Assembly: GCA_965261085.1 (NCBI GenBank) | Contig: OZ253442.1 | Coordinates: forward strand, 3,712,001-3,776,000 | Direction of reading: 5' to 3' | Length of the DNA stretch: 64,000 nucleotides | Source of the DNA: a bacterium | GTDB lineage: Bacteria; UBA8248 | Shown: piece after piece, positions 28,081 through 38,507 of the stretch | Position numbering within the stretch: the stretch's first letter is position 1 | How the letters are laid out: every line of letters starts with the position of its first letter | Made by a program: the position numbers and the translations under genes | The notes under the pieces: model-generated | The model's input: only the letters and a program-made list of their open reading frames with translations | What the model was told of the DNA's origin: nothing | Databases searched by the model: none

Positions 28081-28821
28081 GTGCTGTGGTCCGCCGCGCC
28101 GGCGGGATTCGGCCACGCCGCCCCGGCCGGCGGCTTCTACCTGCGGGCAGGCGCCGGTATCGAGCGGGCGGCCGATACCCGGTTCACGGACGAGGACTGC
28201 GCCTCCACTTCCCCGGCGGCGCTCTACGGCTGCGGGACGGGGGGCGACGGCGCGCCCTACCGCTCTGCCGGGGATTTCGGGACGGCGACCGCCCTCGAAC
28301 TCGGGCTCGGCTACGCCGCCGCGCCGGCGGTGAGACTCGAGGTCCTGGTCGAATACCGCCCGCGCTTCGCCTTCGGTGGCCGCGCCAACTTCCTGGAGCC
28401 GGAACGCTTACAGTCGGTGAAAGCGGATATCTCCTCCCTCTCCGGAATGCTCGCCGCTTACCTCGACCTGCCGGGGACCGGTTCCTTCAGGCCGTTCATC
28501 GGCGCGGGCCTGGGCGCTGTCCGCACCCGTATCGGCGAGACGCGCATGACCTTTCCAAAGACGACGACCGTAGTGCCGGGAGGAAGTCGGACCGGTCTCG
28601 CCTGGATGCTGACGGCGGGGGTCGCAAAGGCGCTGGCCGAGAGAGCGACGCTCGACCTCGCCTGGCGCTACACGGACTTAGGCGCCACCCGCACCGGCAG
28701 GGGCATGGGCCGGGTGGTCTGGCGTGACGAGAGCCGTGAGCCGCTACCGCTCGACCTCGCCGCGACGCGAGCGAAGCTCACGAGCCACGGGCTCAGGCTT
28801 TCCCTGCGCTACTCGTTCTGA
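28081..28821 (+). CDS. Outer-membrane beta-barrel protein (opacity/OmpW-like), copy A
   Basis: FYLRAGAG, RPFIGAGLG, LDLAWRYTDLG, terminal LRYSF; the ATG of copy B is absent, so the start is uncertain. Confidence 0.8.
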   Translation: MLWSAAPAGFGHAAPAGGFYLRAGAGIERAADTRFTDEDCASTSPAALYGCGTGGDGAPYRSAGDFGTATALELGLGYAAAPAVRLEVLVEYRPRFAFGGRANFLEPERLQSVKADISSLSGMLAAYLDLPGTGSFRPFIGAGLGAVRTRIGETRMTFPKTTTVVPGGSRTGLAWMLTAGVAKALAERATLDLAWRYTDLGATRTGRGMGRVVWRDESREPLPLDLAATRAKLTSHGLRLSLRYSF

Positions 28822-28830
28822 GGTGGTGAT

Positions 28831-30003
28831 GTGATGCGTTACGTGTACATGATCGGCTGTCTCGCGGGGCTTCTGCTGAACTGCGCGTGGTCAGGCTCTG
28901 CCGCCGCCGACCGCAACTTCTCGCAGCACCCCGGGTTCGCCGAGTATTTCGCGGCCAACCCTCCGGCCGACGCAGCCGGTCTGGCCGATCAAGCCCTGGC
29001 CCGCCGCCACGCGCCGCGCTTCCACCTGCCCGCCGGCCACGAAGGTCCCATCGACTTCTACCGCGACTACATCGCCCACGGTTACCTGATAACGGGCGAC
29101 GGCGTTCGCATCGAAGGCCCCACCGCCAGTGACCTGAACCGCTACCGCGACGACGTCCGCGCCGAGTTCACACACGTGCCGGGCGGGGTCGAGCCCCGGC
29201 CCGTCGTCTACGGCGCGGTGGAGCGCACAGGCCTGTGGGCGCCGGAGGAACCGGACCGGCCGGCCGAGGAATTCACCGTCCTCACCTACCACCTGGTGTT
29301 CCGGGTGAGCGGCCTGCCGGCGGGGTTGTCCCTGGCCGCGGCCATCCCGCTTCGGCTGGTGGCGGACCTCGACGACTGGCACCAGCTCGACCACTACACC
29401 GCCGCGTTCGTGGTCCTGGCCGCGGATGGGCGTCCCGTCGCCTTGACCCTGCAGCAGCACAACTACCTGCGCACCTACCTGATCGGCGAGTCGGTGGAGC
29501 TCGGGCCCGACGGACGCTTCGACATCGACGTGGCCATCCGCTCGAACGAGCTTTACCCCCACGTTCCGGGACGGACGGTGCGCCGGGCGGTGCGGTTTCT
29601 GGACCATGACGCCAGGGCCTTCATGATGGGTTTCGGCAAGCGGCCGATGATGTCGGCGGACGACATCACCGACCCGGACCGCACCGTCGACTACGAGTTC
29701 GCCTTCCTCCCCGGCTCCGACGCCTTCTACTCGTTCCACGGCTTCCTCGGCGAGCGCCGCCGTTTGCCCGGCCGCGACGGCCCACCCGGGGCCCGCTACA
29801 ACACCCTGCCCGAGCTCAAGCCCCTGCCCGCGCAGATCCTCGACGGTTACTGGCGCGAGGGGAACGAGGGCGACTGGGCGCGGTATCAGAACAGCCGGGA
29901 GAACGGCTCCGGCCCGGCCGGCTTCGCGCGAGCGCAGGCGGCAGTGTTCCATCGCAACCTCGGCTGCCTGCGCCGGGAGCGCAAAGGCTGCGCGTTAGAG
30001 TAG
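28831..30003 (+). CDS. Exported hypothetical protein
   Basis: Signal peptide (...AWSGSAAA-D), GAGGTG RBS, co-oriented after the OMP gene; DWHQLDHY, QQHNY, RSNELY segments. Confidence 0.75.
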   Translation: MMRYVYMIGCLAGLLLNCAWSGSAAADRNFSQHPGFAEYFAANPPADAAGLADQALARRHAPRFHLPAGHEGPIDFYRDYIAHGYLITGDGVRIEGPTASDLNRYRDDVRAEFTHVPGGVEPRPVVYGAVERTGLWAPEEPDRPAEEFTVLTYHLVFRVSGLPAGLSLAAAIPLRLVADLDDWHQLDHYTAAFVVLAADGRPVALTLQQHNYLRTYLIGESVELGPDGRFDIDVAIRSNELYPHVPGRTVRRAVRFLDHDARAFMMGFGKRPMMSADDITDPDRTVDYEFAFLPGSDAFYSFHGFLGERRRLPGRDGPPGARYNTLPELKPLPAQILDGYWREGNEGDWARYQNSRENGSGPAGFARAQAAVFHRNLGCLRRERKGCALE

Positions 30004-30156
30004 CGGCGTGAGCGACTTCCCCCGACCCCTTCCTACGCCTGTATCGCCGTTCCCACCACCCGGGTACAGGGTGGCGCCCGGCAGGTCGTTGAAGACGGTG
30101 ACCAGGTGGCCGGCGGCGACGGGTTCGCGATTGAGCTTATGGAAGATGATGGGCTG

Positions 30157-30241
30157 CACGGTCGATACCGTCATCGCCGCGATGGAGGCAAACACCCCGA
30201 TTCAACCAACCAGAAGACGCTCTACGTCGAGATCAGCCGCC
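30157..30241 (+). pseudogene. Relic of relaxase-helicase 3' region
   Basis: gataccgtcatcgccgcgatggaggc...aaccagaagacgctctacgtcgagatcagccgc nearly copies about 8875-8960, with a frameshift. Confidence 0.75.
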
Positions 30242-30249
30242 CCCGGCGC

Positions 30250-30423
30250 CTACAGCAGGTCTTCGGCTATGCTCGCGGCGACCCGCTCGGCGGACTCGCG
30301 CACCGAATCGCGCGCGAGATGCGCATAGCGTGAGGTGGTCTCGATCCGGGCGTGGCCCAGGAGTTTGCCTATCACGGTGAGTCCCTCGCCCAGCGCGAGA
30401 GCCCTCGAGGCAAACGAATGGCA
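30250..30423 (-). pseudogene. 3'-terminal fragment of a tyrosine integrase
   Basis: Translates CHSFASRALALGEGLTVIGKLLGHARIETTSRYAHLARDSVRESAERVAASIAEDLL*, homologous to the ends of both intact integrases. Confidence 0.8.
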
Positions 30424-30651
30424 CAGTTAATGTATAAAATCAGCCTGTTAGACATTGGTGCGAATGTCATGTCAATTATATGATAAATATATGTAATAAT
30501 TGATGTTGTATATTATTTTGCACCTTCTCCGCTCTTGCATCTGCGACAACAACAGACTAAAATAGCCATGGATTTGACCTCAGTCGGTTGCGGATTGATG
30601 ACGGTTTTGTAATCCGATCGGCAGCGCGAAGGACCGTATGGAGACATTCCC

Positions 30652-31830
30652 ATGGCCCGGAAGGATGCGGTCAAGCTCAGCAAACGAGTCGTCGACGCAC
30701 TCACGGTCAAAGACGGGGACGCCGTCTTCTGGGACCGGGAACTGCCCGGTTTCGGGTTGCGGGTCTACACCGGCGGCCGCAAGGTCTACGTCGTACAGAC
30801 GCGGGGGCCGTCCGGTGGACCGAGGCGCGCCTCCATCGGCCGGCACGGGGACATATCCGCCGAGGAAGCGCGGCGTGAGGCCGCCGTGGTGATCGACCGC
30901 ATCAAGCGGGGCGAGGACCCGCATCCTCCACCTCCCGCACCGGAACCGACGGTGGCCGATCTGGCCGAGCGCTACATCCAGTCGCATGTAGAGGTGAACT
31001 GCCGGCCGAACACCGTGGAAGTGTTCCGGCGGGTGGTCAAACTATACATCGCGCCGGAACTGGGAGCACTCGCGCTCTCCGCGGTGGGACGCTCCCATGT
31101 CTCGGCCCTCCACTACAAGCTCCGGGACAAGCCCTACCAGGCGAACCAGACGGTGAGCGTGCTGGCGAAGATGTTCAAGCTCGCCGAGGCCTGGGGCATG
31201 ACGCCGCCGGGGCGGAACCCTTGCCGCTCGGTGCGTCGCTACAGGGAACGGCGCCGCGAACGGTTCCTGACGCCCGAGGAATACCGGCGGCTGGGAGAGG
31301 TGCTGGACGAGGCCGAGAGGGACGGTTCGGTGCTCGCCTCGGGGGTCGCGGCTCTCCGCCTCCTGTTGCTGACCGGATGCCGGAAGAACGAGATCGTGAC
31401 GCTGCGGTGGGACGACGTGGACCGCACGGCGGGCGAGTTCAGGCTCGCCGATGCGAAGACGGGCGCGCGGCGGGTTCCGCTGACGCCGGCGGTGGAGGCG
31501 GTGCTCGCCGGGGTTCCGCGCCTTCCCGGCAACCCCTGGGTCATCACCGGCCAGAATCCGGGAGATCATCTCAAGAACCTGGACGGCATCTGGCTCAAGC
31601 TCAGGGCGCGCGCCGGGCTCGGGGGCGTCCGCATCCACGACTGCCGTCACAGCTACGCGTCGAGGGCGCTGGCCCTCGGCGAGGGGCTACCGATGATCGG
31701 CAAGCTGCTGGGCCACCACAAGGTCACGACGACGGCGCGGTACGCGCACCTCGCGCGCGATACCGAGAAGGCGTCCGCCGTGAAGGTCGGCGGCAGCATC
31801 GGGGCGGACGTTCTGAACGGCTCCACGTAA
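30652..31830 (+). CDS. Tyrosine recombinase/integrase with arm-binding domain (int 1)
   Basis: FWDRELPGFGLRV arm domain; LTGCR, K(TG), HDCRH, LLGH, RY catalytic set. Confidence 0.93.
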   Translation: MARKDAVKLSKRVVDALTVKDGDAVFWDRELPGFGLRVYTGGRKVYVVQTRGPSGGPRRASIGRHGDISAEEARREAAVVIDRIKRGEDPHPPPPAPEPTVADLAERYIQSHVEVNCRPNTVEVFRRVVKLYIAPELGALALSAVGRSHVSALHYKLRDKPYQANQTVSVLAKMFKLAEAWGMTPPGRNPCRSVRRYRERRRERFLTPEEYRRLGEVLDEAERDGSVLASGVAALRLLLLTGCRKNEIVTLRWDDVDRTAGEFRLADAKTGARRVPLTPAVEAVLAGVPRLPGNPWVITGQNPGDHLKNLDGIWLKLRARAGLGGVRIHDCRHSYASRALALGEGLPMIGKLLGHHKVTTTARYAHLARDTEKASAVKVGGSIGADVLNGST

Positions 31831-31842
31831 GGGAGAAGGGAT

Positions 31843-33060
31843 ATGGCGAGGTTTGAGACGAAGACGATCTCGAGGCGCACGGTGGAGACGCTCGCGGTCG
31901 AGAAGGACACGGTGTTCTGGGACAGCGAACTGAGCGGTTTCGGGGTACGGGTCTACCCGTCGGGGAGCAAGTACTACGTGGTGCAGACCCGAGCGGGCGG
32001 CCGGGCGGCGAAGCGGGTGACGGTGGGCCGCCACGGCATCGTCACGGCCGAGGAGGCGCGGCGGCGGGCGGCGCTCATCATCGCGCGGATCAAGGCGGGC
32101 GAGGAGCCCGTGCCCGAACCGCCGGCGGAGGGCCCGCGGGTGGCGGAACTCGCCCGCGCGTATCTCGAAGAACACGTCGCGGTGCGCTGTAAGCCGAGAA
32201 CGGCGGAGATGTACGGCCAGGTCGTCAGGAAACACATCCTGCCCGCACTCGGCAGGATGCCCGCGCTTGCGGTCGAACGCGTCCATGTGAGCGGGTTGCA
32301 CCACAAGCTCCGGGATACGCCGATCATGGCGAACCGCGTGGTGGACACGCTCTCGCGAATATACAACGCCGCCGGGGAGCGGGGACTGATCCCCGAGGAC
32401 CACAACCCGTGCCGGCTGGTGGTCAAGTACCGTGAGCGCGCCCGCGAGCGGTTCCTGACCGGGGAGGAGTTCCGGCGTCTCGGCCGGGTGCTCGCCGAGT
32501 CGCAGACCCGCAAGGGGGTTTCGGTCCACGCGGCGGCGGCTATCCGCCTGCTCCTGCTGACCGGATGCCGGAAGGGCGAGATACTCAACCTGCGCTGGGA
32601 CGAGGTGGACCTGGAAGCCAACGAACTGCGGTTGCCTGACACCAAGACCGGGCCCCGGACGATCTCGCTCTCGCCCGAAGCGGCCGGCGTCCTGGCGGCG
32701 GTCCCGCACGTTCCGGACAACCCCTTCGTCATCCCAGGCAAGGTCAAGGGCAGGCCCATGCGCAACCTGAACGACCCCTGGGATATCGTCTGCGAGCGTG
32801 CGGGACTCACGGACATGCGAATCCACGACTGCAGGCACAGCTACGCGTCCAGGGCCCTGGCGCTGGGCGAGTCTCTCCCGATGATCGGGAAACTCCTCGG
32901 CCACACCCAGGTCGAGACCACGGCGCGCTATGCGCACCTCGCGCGGGACTCGGTGCACGAGGCGGCGGTGCGGGTCTCCGACAGTATCGCGGCGGATATC
33001 CTGAAGGGGTACCGGCAGGTGTCGCTACAGGCGCGCTCCGGGCAGCGAACGAGAAAGTAG
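31843..33060 (+). CDS. Tyrosine recombinase/integrase with arm-binding domain (int 2)
   Basis: FWDSELSGFGVRV; LTGCR, KTG, HDCRH, LLGH, RY; paralog of int 1, 12 bp downstream. Confidence 0.93.
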   Translation: MARFETKTISRRTVETLAVEKDTVFWDSELSGFGVRVYPSGSKYYVVQTRAGGRAAKRVTVGRHGIVTAEEARRRAALIIARIKAGEEPVPEPPAEGPRVAELARAYLEEHVAVRCKPRTAEMYGQVVRKHILPALGRMPALAVERVHVSGLHHKLRDTPIMANRVVDTLSRIYNAAGERGLIPEDHNPCRLVVKYRERARERFLTGEEFRRLGRVLAESQTRKGVSVHAAAAIRLLLLTGCRKGEILNLRWDEVDLEANELRLPDTKTGPRTISLSPEAAGVLAAVPHVPDNPFVIPGKVKGRPMRNLNDPWDIVCERAGLTDMRIHDCRHSYASRALALGESLPMIGKLLGHTQVETTARYAHLARDSVHEAAVRVSDSIAADILKGYRQVSLQARSGQRTRK

Positions 33061-33128
33061 AGTTCCGGGCGCGCCGCCAATCTTCGGCATGGAACATCAA
33101 ACGATGCCTTCTCTATGGCAGTTGTGCC

Positions 33129-33519
33129 GTGTTGGCTTGGTGTTGATACGATAGGTTGGTAATATCAACTCCCCAGCGGAAATTCTTGAAAACATTCGAT
33201 ATATTAATGGATTATGGAGTAATGCCGAGAGCAGGCTCCGCCTATCCGTCACGCGATTCGGTGTGCGGGGCCGCAGAGCGCATCGCCGAGAGCATTGCGG
33301 CCGACACCCTGTGAGAAGGCCGCCCGTGTCTCAAGCCAGGGATTTCCAGTCTGGAGCGATACCGTTCTCCCGCAGGAACCCTTCCGCCATCCTGGCGATT
33401 TGCGCCTCCTAGGGATTTCCTGCGGAAGGTAATCAGGAAAGAATTTTATTACAATGCGTTACAGGGCATCAAATTTTCCGCTCGTTCAGTCCGGCATCGA
33501 ATCAACACTATAGCAACAC
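33129..33519. other. att-like region with inverted 19-bp arm-type repeats
   Basis: GTGTTGGCTTGGTGTTGAT (33129-33147) and ATCAACACTATAGCAACAC (33501-33519) are inverted and each holds two CAACAC units; they enclose an integrase 3'-end relic (33252-33314) and an IHF-like TTACAATGCGTTA. Confidence 0.5.
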
Positions 33520-34230
33520 CGCATCCGAACCGTAATTCTGGCGCCGTCTGACGCCCCGAGGCGGCTCACGCACAAGGATTCGCCGAGGGCTGCTGTCCCG
33601 GCCTCCCGCCCCGGAACCCGCGGCGGAGCGCTGGCTCCCGATCGGGTACTTGCCCAATCCCGGCAGGGGAATGCGTCTCCTCTCGCGAGAGTGCTCCGGA
33701 GCGCCTTCAGAAACGTCCTCCGCCCGGGCCGCGATTATCGGAGTTCCCCGTGTCTTGTCCCCCTGAATTGAACCGCATGTGAGCACGCATGTTCGCAAAG
33801 TGTGCGAAGGGGCGCAATCGCGCCGCGGTCCGCCGGCGCGACGTCGAGGCCCGCTTCCGTCTCATCACCGAGCGCCACGGCGCGGTGCCCGCCAACACAA
33901 CCGAGGCCGCCGCAGATGTCGCACTCCAGAAGGCCCGAGAGCAGATGGCGGGGCGGTACAAATGGTCAGGCCCCAGCGTCTTCAATAACACAGAAGAAGT
34001 AAGCATCCGGCGAAGGCCGCGCCTGATGCGGCATGGTCGTAGTGATGGGCGGCTATGAGGTAGGTTGTCGCGAGGTAGTCCTCGATCGATGGCCTCAGGC
34101 TATCGGAATCGCCGATGTGGTTGATCCACGAAACGCCCACGCCAAATTCTGAGTTTTCGCCCTCCACGGCGAAGCCGAACGCGCCGCCGAAGCCTGCGAT
34201 GTGGTCGTCGCCCTCCGGCGTGTTGTCGGA

Positions 34231-34640
34231 GAGCTGCAAGCCCTGCTCTCCCAAGCCGACCGCTCTCTGGGCCGTCTCGACGAGTCCATACAGACACTGT
34301 CTTATCCGGATTTGTTCGTTCTCACGTACGTCCGCAAAGAGGCCGTGCTGTCGAGCCATATTGAAGGGATGCAGAGATAGCTGCAAGACCTGCTGGAGGC
34401 CGAGGCAAGGGTATTCGCGCCGAATCGAGCGAACGACGTAGACGAAGTGGTGAACTATGCCAGCACCATGAATCACGGCCTCGGACGGCTGTCCGAAATA
34501 CCGGTTTCGAGCCGACTGATCCGTGAAATCCATGCCAAATTATTCCAGGGCGCGCGGGGCTCTCATCTCACGCACAGCGTGTTGCGGGCCAGCCAGAACT
34601 GGATCGGACCCTCGGGTGCACGCTTCATGAGGCCCTCTTC
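34231..34640 (+). pseudogene. Fic-family N-terminal fragment
   Basis: LSQADRSLGRLD...YVRKEAVLSSHIEG, in-frame TAG at 34378, EVVNY...RLIREIH...QNWIG; truncated by an IS3 relic before the Fic motif. Confidence 0.75.
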
Positions 34641-35136
34641 GACTACTTGTCGTGGTGGATGAGTTCACACGGAAGTGTTTGTCGATAGATGTGGGTGGTA
34701 AGCTCAAGTCTGAAGATGTGCTGGAGCGCCTGAGCGAGTTGTTTGTAAGACGGGGACTCCCCGAACAGGTTCGCTTGGACAACGGCCCTGAGTTCACCTT
34801 GAAACGTGTGAGAAACCGGCTCTCGAATACAGGTGTGCAAACGCTCTTCATCGAGCCTGACAGCCCCTGGGAAAATGGATATGTCGAATCTTTTAACGGG
34901 AAGATGCGGGATAAACTCTTGAATCCGGAGAGGTTCGATACCCTGTTTGAAGCGAAAGTGCTGGTGGAGCGCCAGCGGCATATCTACAACAGGATCAGGC
35001 CGCACAGTTCATTAGCTTACCGGCCTCCGGTACCTGAAACAAAAGAACCATGGCCTCCGGGCTTCGCTCCGCTTCACCCTTCGTCCATGGTTCCAGAAAC
35101 CTCGTAGCCGGTGGTACAACTATTGGGGGAAGGTCA
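34640..35136 (+). mobile_element. IS3-family remnant (3' part of OrfB plus right end)
   Basis: VVDEFTR...DNGPEF...PWENGYVESFNG...YNRIRPHSSL; end GTACAACTATTGGGGGAAGGTCA terminating in CA. Confidence 0.8.
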
Positions 35137-35205
35137 ATCACGTGATCACGTTTCCCCTTTTGTTTTTCATCAAACCTGTGGCGCCATTTTGACGAGGTGC
35201 AAACG

Positions 35206-36600
35206 TCAACATAACTCAATGTTATATTTTGCGAACAGATCATCAAAGAATTGTCCCAGAAGTATTTCTCCGCTATCGCATTCTCTAAGTTCATTTGCAC
35301 CAAATCTATATACATCATACCCGCATAAGCGAAGATCCCGGTCAGCGGCTACCATTTTCGCATAAGCTTCTGAATCAGCTTTGCCTGTAATCTTATCTGA
35401 ATAATGATGCATGCCGTCGACTTCAATCACAATTCTTGTACTTGATGAAACCAAAATAAGAAAATCCATTCTTTGGCGAAAGAGAGCGGACCTCCCGCGT
35501 TTCGCAACAGTCTGAGGATCGTAATGAAGCCACACTTCTGGTAGCAGTGCTGGTAATTTCGGAACAGCTTCACCGAAGTGCTTATAGAAGGTACGAAACA
35601 GATGTTTTTGGGGTGGAGAATTTTCCGGCAAGGAAGCGAGAAGGCGTTTGTACAAAGACCGCTTTGCGGTATTAATTTCGCACCCGTTGGTTTCTGCCCA
35701 CCATTCCTGCAAGTCCTTCCACCGGAGCCCGGAATCAGGAATCGGCCTATCGTAGACCAGAACCTTATCTGCGTGGCTAACGATCTCAATATCGTTATTC
35801 ACCGCGTCTCGAAACCGAAGGTCGGGCTTATTAAACGAAGCAAAAATCAGATTTTTAGGCCGCCCCGTAGATCCTGTCCCCGCCGACTGCAACTTGAAGG
35901 CAGGATAGCCGTCAATCGAATCTGTTTCGGCAAGTTCGAGACCACACGTTGAAAGAACCCTGTTCACCGCATGGGCGAATGAGCGTTGGCTTGATTCCTC
36001 TGGGCATACTTCTGAACTAGCCAAAGACTCAATCAATCTGGCAAATCGCTTACTAGAGCACTCAAGTGAGCCCAGCGTTTTGAAGAATTCCAGTACCGAC
36101 CAGCCTCCAGGCTTCCAAATCATATTTTGTTGAATTTGCTGCCGAAGCGACTTTGATATTTCCTCAAGTCCGAATTTTCGCAAGCCTCGATCCGTAGGAC
36201 TCTCAAGTACCCAAAGCCTGCCTACAGCTTCAAGAAAACCATCATCGTCGACCGGGAGTGTCAGCCCTTCTAGTCCCTTGGCGATCTCTCGTCGCATTTT
36301 TTTCGAAATGGTTGGAAAGTCCAAATCGGACCATATGATTTCCTCGATCAAAAATGTATGTTCGTTTCCGTCCGACACAGGAAATTGGCGAATGAATTTA
36401 TTCGCCACCCGCCGGACCAGGGTAGGATCCTTGCCAAGGTTCACTAATCGGCTCTCAATGTACTGGCGTTTGGTCAGTTTCGGATCGTCATACGAGCCAG
36501 GAAGTTCAAGGGCATCACAAAGGCTTGGCAATTCAACCCTTCGCTCCGGCTGTAGCCGCGAAACAATGCCATTACTCAGGTGTTCTGCAAGCTCTCCCAT
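35206..36600 (-). CDS. AbiJ-N-terminal-domain-like protein with C-terminal DUF559/Vsr-like nuclease (putative defence)
   Basis: KNLIFAS..KPDLRFRDAVNNDIEI, ALLPEVWLHYDP, RMDFL, IEVDGMHHY, DRDLRLCGYDVYRFG. Confidence 0.75.
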   Translation of the reverse strand: MGELAEHLSNGIVSRLQPERRVELPSLCDALELPGSYDDPKLTKRQYIESRLVNLGKDPTLVRRVANKFIRQFPVSDGNEHTFLIEEIIWSDLDFPTISKKMRREIAKGLEGLTLPVDDDGFLEAVGRLWVLESPTDRGLRKFGLEEISKSLRQQIQQNMIWKPGGWSVLEFFKTLGSLECSSKRFARLIESLASSEVCPEESSQRSFAHAVNRVLSTCGLELAETDSIDGYPAFKLQSAGTGSTGRPKNLIFASFNKPDLRFRDAVNNDIEIVSHADKVLVYDRPIPDSGLRWKDLQEWWAETNGCEINTAKRSLYKRLLASLPENSPPQKHLFRTFYKHFGEAVPKLPALLPEVWLHYDPQTVAKRGRSALFRQRMDFLILVSSSTRIVIEVDGMHHYSDKITGKADSEAYAKMVAADRDLRLCGYDVYRFGANELRECDSGEILLGQFFDDLFAKYNIELC

Positions 36601-37299
36601 TTTGAATTGCTCCTATTGTCAATCATAAGTCAGTTAGTCAAGTTGTGTTGGTTTTGTTAGATCTGACGATATTTTCCTCCTTGAAATCCTGGAGCAACCG
36701 AACGATTTCATCTAAATTACCTTCCGTACAAGTAACTACGATGAGTATGACCTATCGGCCGAATACGTGGCACTTGATGTTCCACGGTGACGCTTGGCAA
36801 ACTTTAGACATCGTCGATTCCATTTTGCAATGCAACACGGGTCAGGAGCGACGACATAGCCTCTTGCAGGCACCTAAGGTATCAGCCGGGGCTGCCCAGG
36901 GCGATCCGTTTTGGAGTGATGGCATAGCCGGGGTGGAGAAAACCATCACCCCAGGCTGAACATCACCGTCAGATATTTCGACAACATCCAACACCAGGCG
37001 GAGCACCTTGCGGCCCTGCGCCTCCAGTCGATGGGCGCGCTAAGTGATGTCCGTCACAAGGAAGAGCTTGATGCTCGAGATTCGCGCCAGCAAGGAAAGT
37101 TCCCTCATCTTTTTCGATCCCCCAAGTCGTGGTGGCTTTCAAGTGGTTGCCCATGTCTGAGGCTGGTTGTAAACTTCATTCAATTCAATGCGTTATATGG
37201 ATTCTTTATAAGGAATCAAACCGGGAGGCGTAGATTTTCCACCTCGGATACTTCACCCGAACGAGGTGCGGGGCTCCGGGAAAGAGGGGGAGGAGTCCT

Positions 37300-37593
37300 T
37301 TGACGAAAATCGACATCATCAACCTCGTGTCGGACGATACGGGCCTCAGCAAAGTCAAGGCTGAAGAAGCCGTCGAGACAATCATCGACACCATCAAGGG
37401 ATCGCTCGAGAGCGGCGAGTCTGTCATCTTGAGGCGCTTCGGCTCCTTCCAGGTGAGGGAGAAGAACGCTCGCATGGGGCGCAATCCGAAGACGGGCCGG
37501 GAAGCGCCCATCAGCGCTCGCAAGGTTGTAAGCTTCAAAGCGGGAAAACACTTCAAGGAAGCGGTGAACGGCGCCGAGGTGAAATTCCATTGA
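37300..37593 (+). CDS. HU/IHF-family DNA-binding protein
   Basis: MTKIDII...FGSFQVREKNARMGRNPKTG...VVSFKAGK; TTG start after GGAGGAG. Confidence 0.92.
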   Translation: MTKIDIINLVSDDTGLSKVKAEEAVETIIDTIKGSLESGESVILRRFGSFQVREKNARMGRNPKTGREAPISARKVVSFKAGKHFKEAVNGAEVKFH

Positions 37594-37664
37594 TCCTTTG
37601 ATTCGTCGGCCTGTTGGCACGGCGTCCCCATGACCGTAGAATCGATAACCCTCCCTGAATGCGC

Positions 37665-37810
37665 GTCCATGTAAAGGCGCATTGCAAGCCGGGCGCCGCG
37701 GCATATCGGTTCGTAATCGAGAAGCACTTCCTGCCGTCGGAGGGCGCGATGGTGGTAGACCATGTCGGAGGAGGTGAGGTTTCGGTCTGCACCACCGGCT
37801 TCGCGACATG
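37665..37810 (+). pseudogene. Integrase core-binding-domain relic
   Basis: HVKAHCKP...YRFVIEKHFLP resembles HVAVRCKP...YGQVVRKHILP of int 2. Confidence 0.55.
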
Positions 37811-38070
37811 CCGGACCCGCGCCGCCATGCCCCCAACCCGCCGAGTCGCGGAGAGCAAGAGCCGGCTCGGCGGATGGATGACCGGAAAAGGTCCTTGCCG
37901 CTCGATACTGCCGTTAACCTAGGTGCCGATTGATGTTTTCTCTGAAAATGTTAAGGGGAATATCCGACGATAAAATGCAAAGGAGGAGTCAAACCATGCG
38001 TGAAATGCATAACATAGTGTTCTTGTTTACCTTCACGGTTGTGCTGGCGGGGCAACCATCAGTTGCCCAA

Positions 38071-38168
38071 GTTCATCGAAGGTGTCAAATTCAAGGACGA
38101 CCTTGAGGCCGTTGACTTCGAAACCCGCGCCGCCTGATCACTCCATCACCCACTTTCGGGCATATCTC
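38071..38168 (+). mobile_element. IS256-like 3' end remnant
   Basis: IEGVKFKD...RAA* resembles the tail of the intact IS256 transposase (ADVRFVDG...RAA), followed by an IR-like end. Confidence 0.45.
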
Positions 38169-38507
38169 GTGGGGGCACAGGGCAGAAACTGGTAGATTTG
38201 CGAAGGGAAATCTGGTCACGGATGGTCTATTGGCAAGCATAGGGGTTGGCGCGGTTCATCTTTGTGGTCTCGCTCAGCGCCTACAGCAAGGCAACCGAAG
38301 GCTGACAGCGGTCCTGATTCAAGTCATCACAACAGCAGGGGAAGAAAAAGCACTTCGCGTGGAGCGGTCACAAAAGATATTTGATTGACTTAAAGATATC
38401 ATTGCCAAATACGTAGTGAATTGCGGTGAGCTTGTGCAACATCACCGCCCTTTCTATATGTCAATATAGTTTTTTCATATGGATGCGTACGAAGTGGATC
38501 CGTCGAG

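Larger units (their letters stand above)
22376..28821 (-). mobile_element. Mobilisable-element backbone module, copy A (RHH-oriT-leading region-OMP)
   Basis: Gene-by-gene homologous and inverted relative to 47163-54897. Confidence 0.8.

Noticed and set aside
33060-33520. tRNA/tmRNA integration target next to the integrases
   Set aside because: No cloverleaf or T-loop/CCA pattern found here or elsewhere in the window.
33982-34230. Minus-strand segment GVSWINHIGDSD resembling a porin fragment
   Set aside because: Short, lacks a start and sits among relics; too weak to call.
36960-37120. Minus-strand fragment (SIKLFLVTD) resembling an abortive-infection protein piece
   Set aside because: Very short and interrupted by a stop; not supportable.
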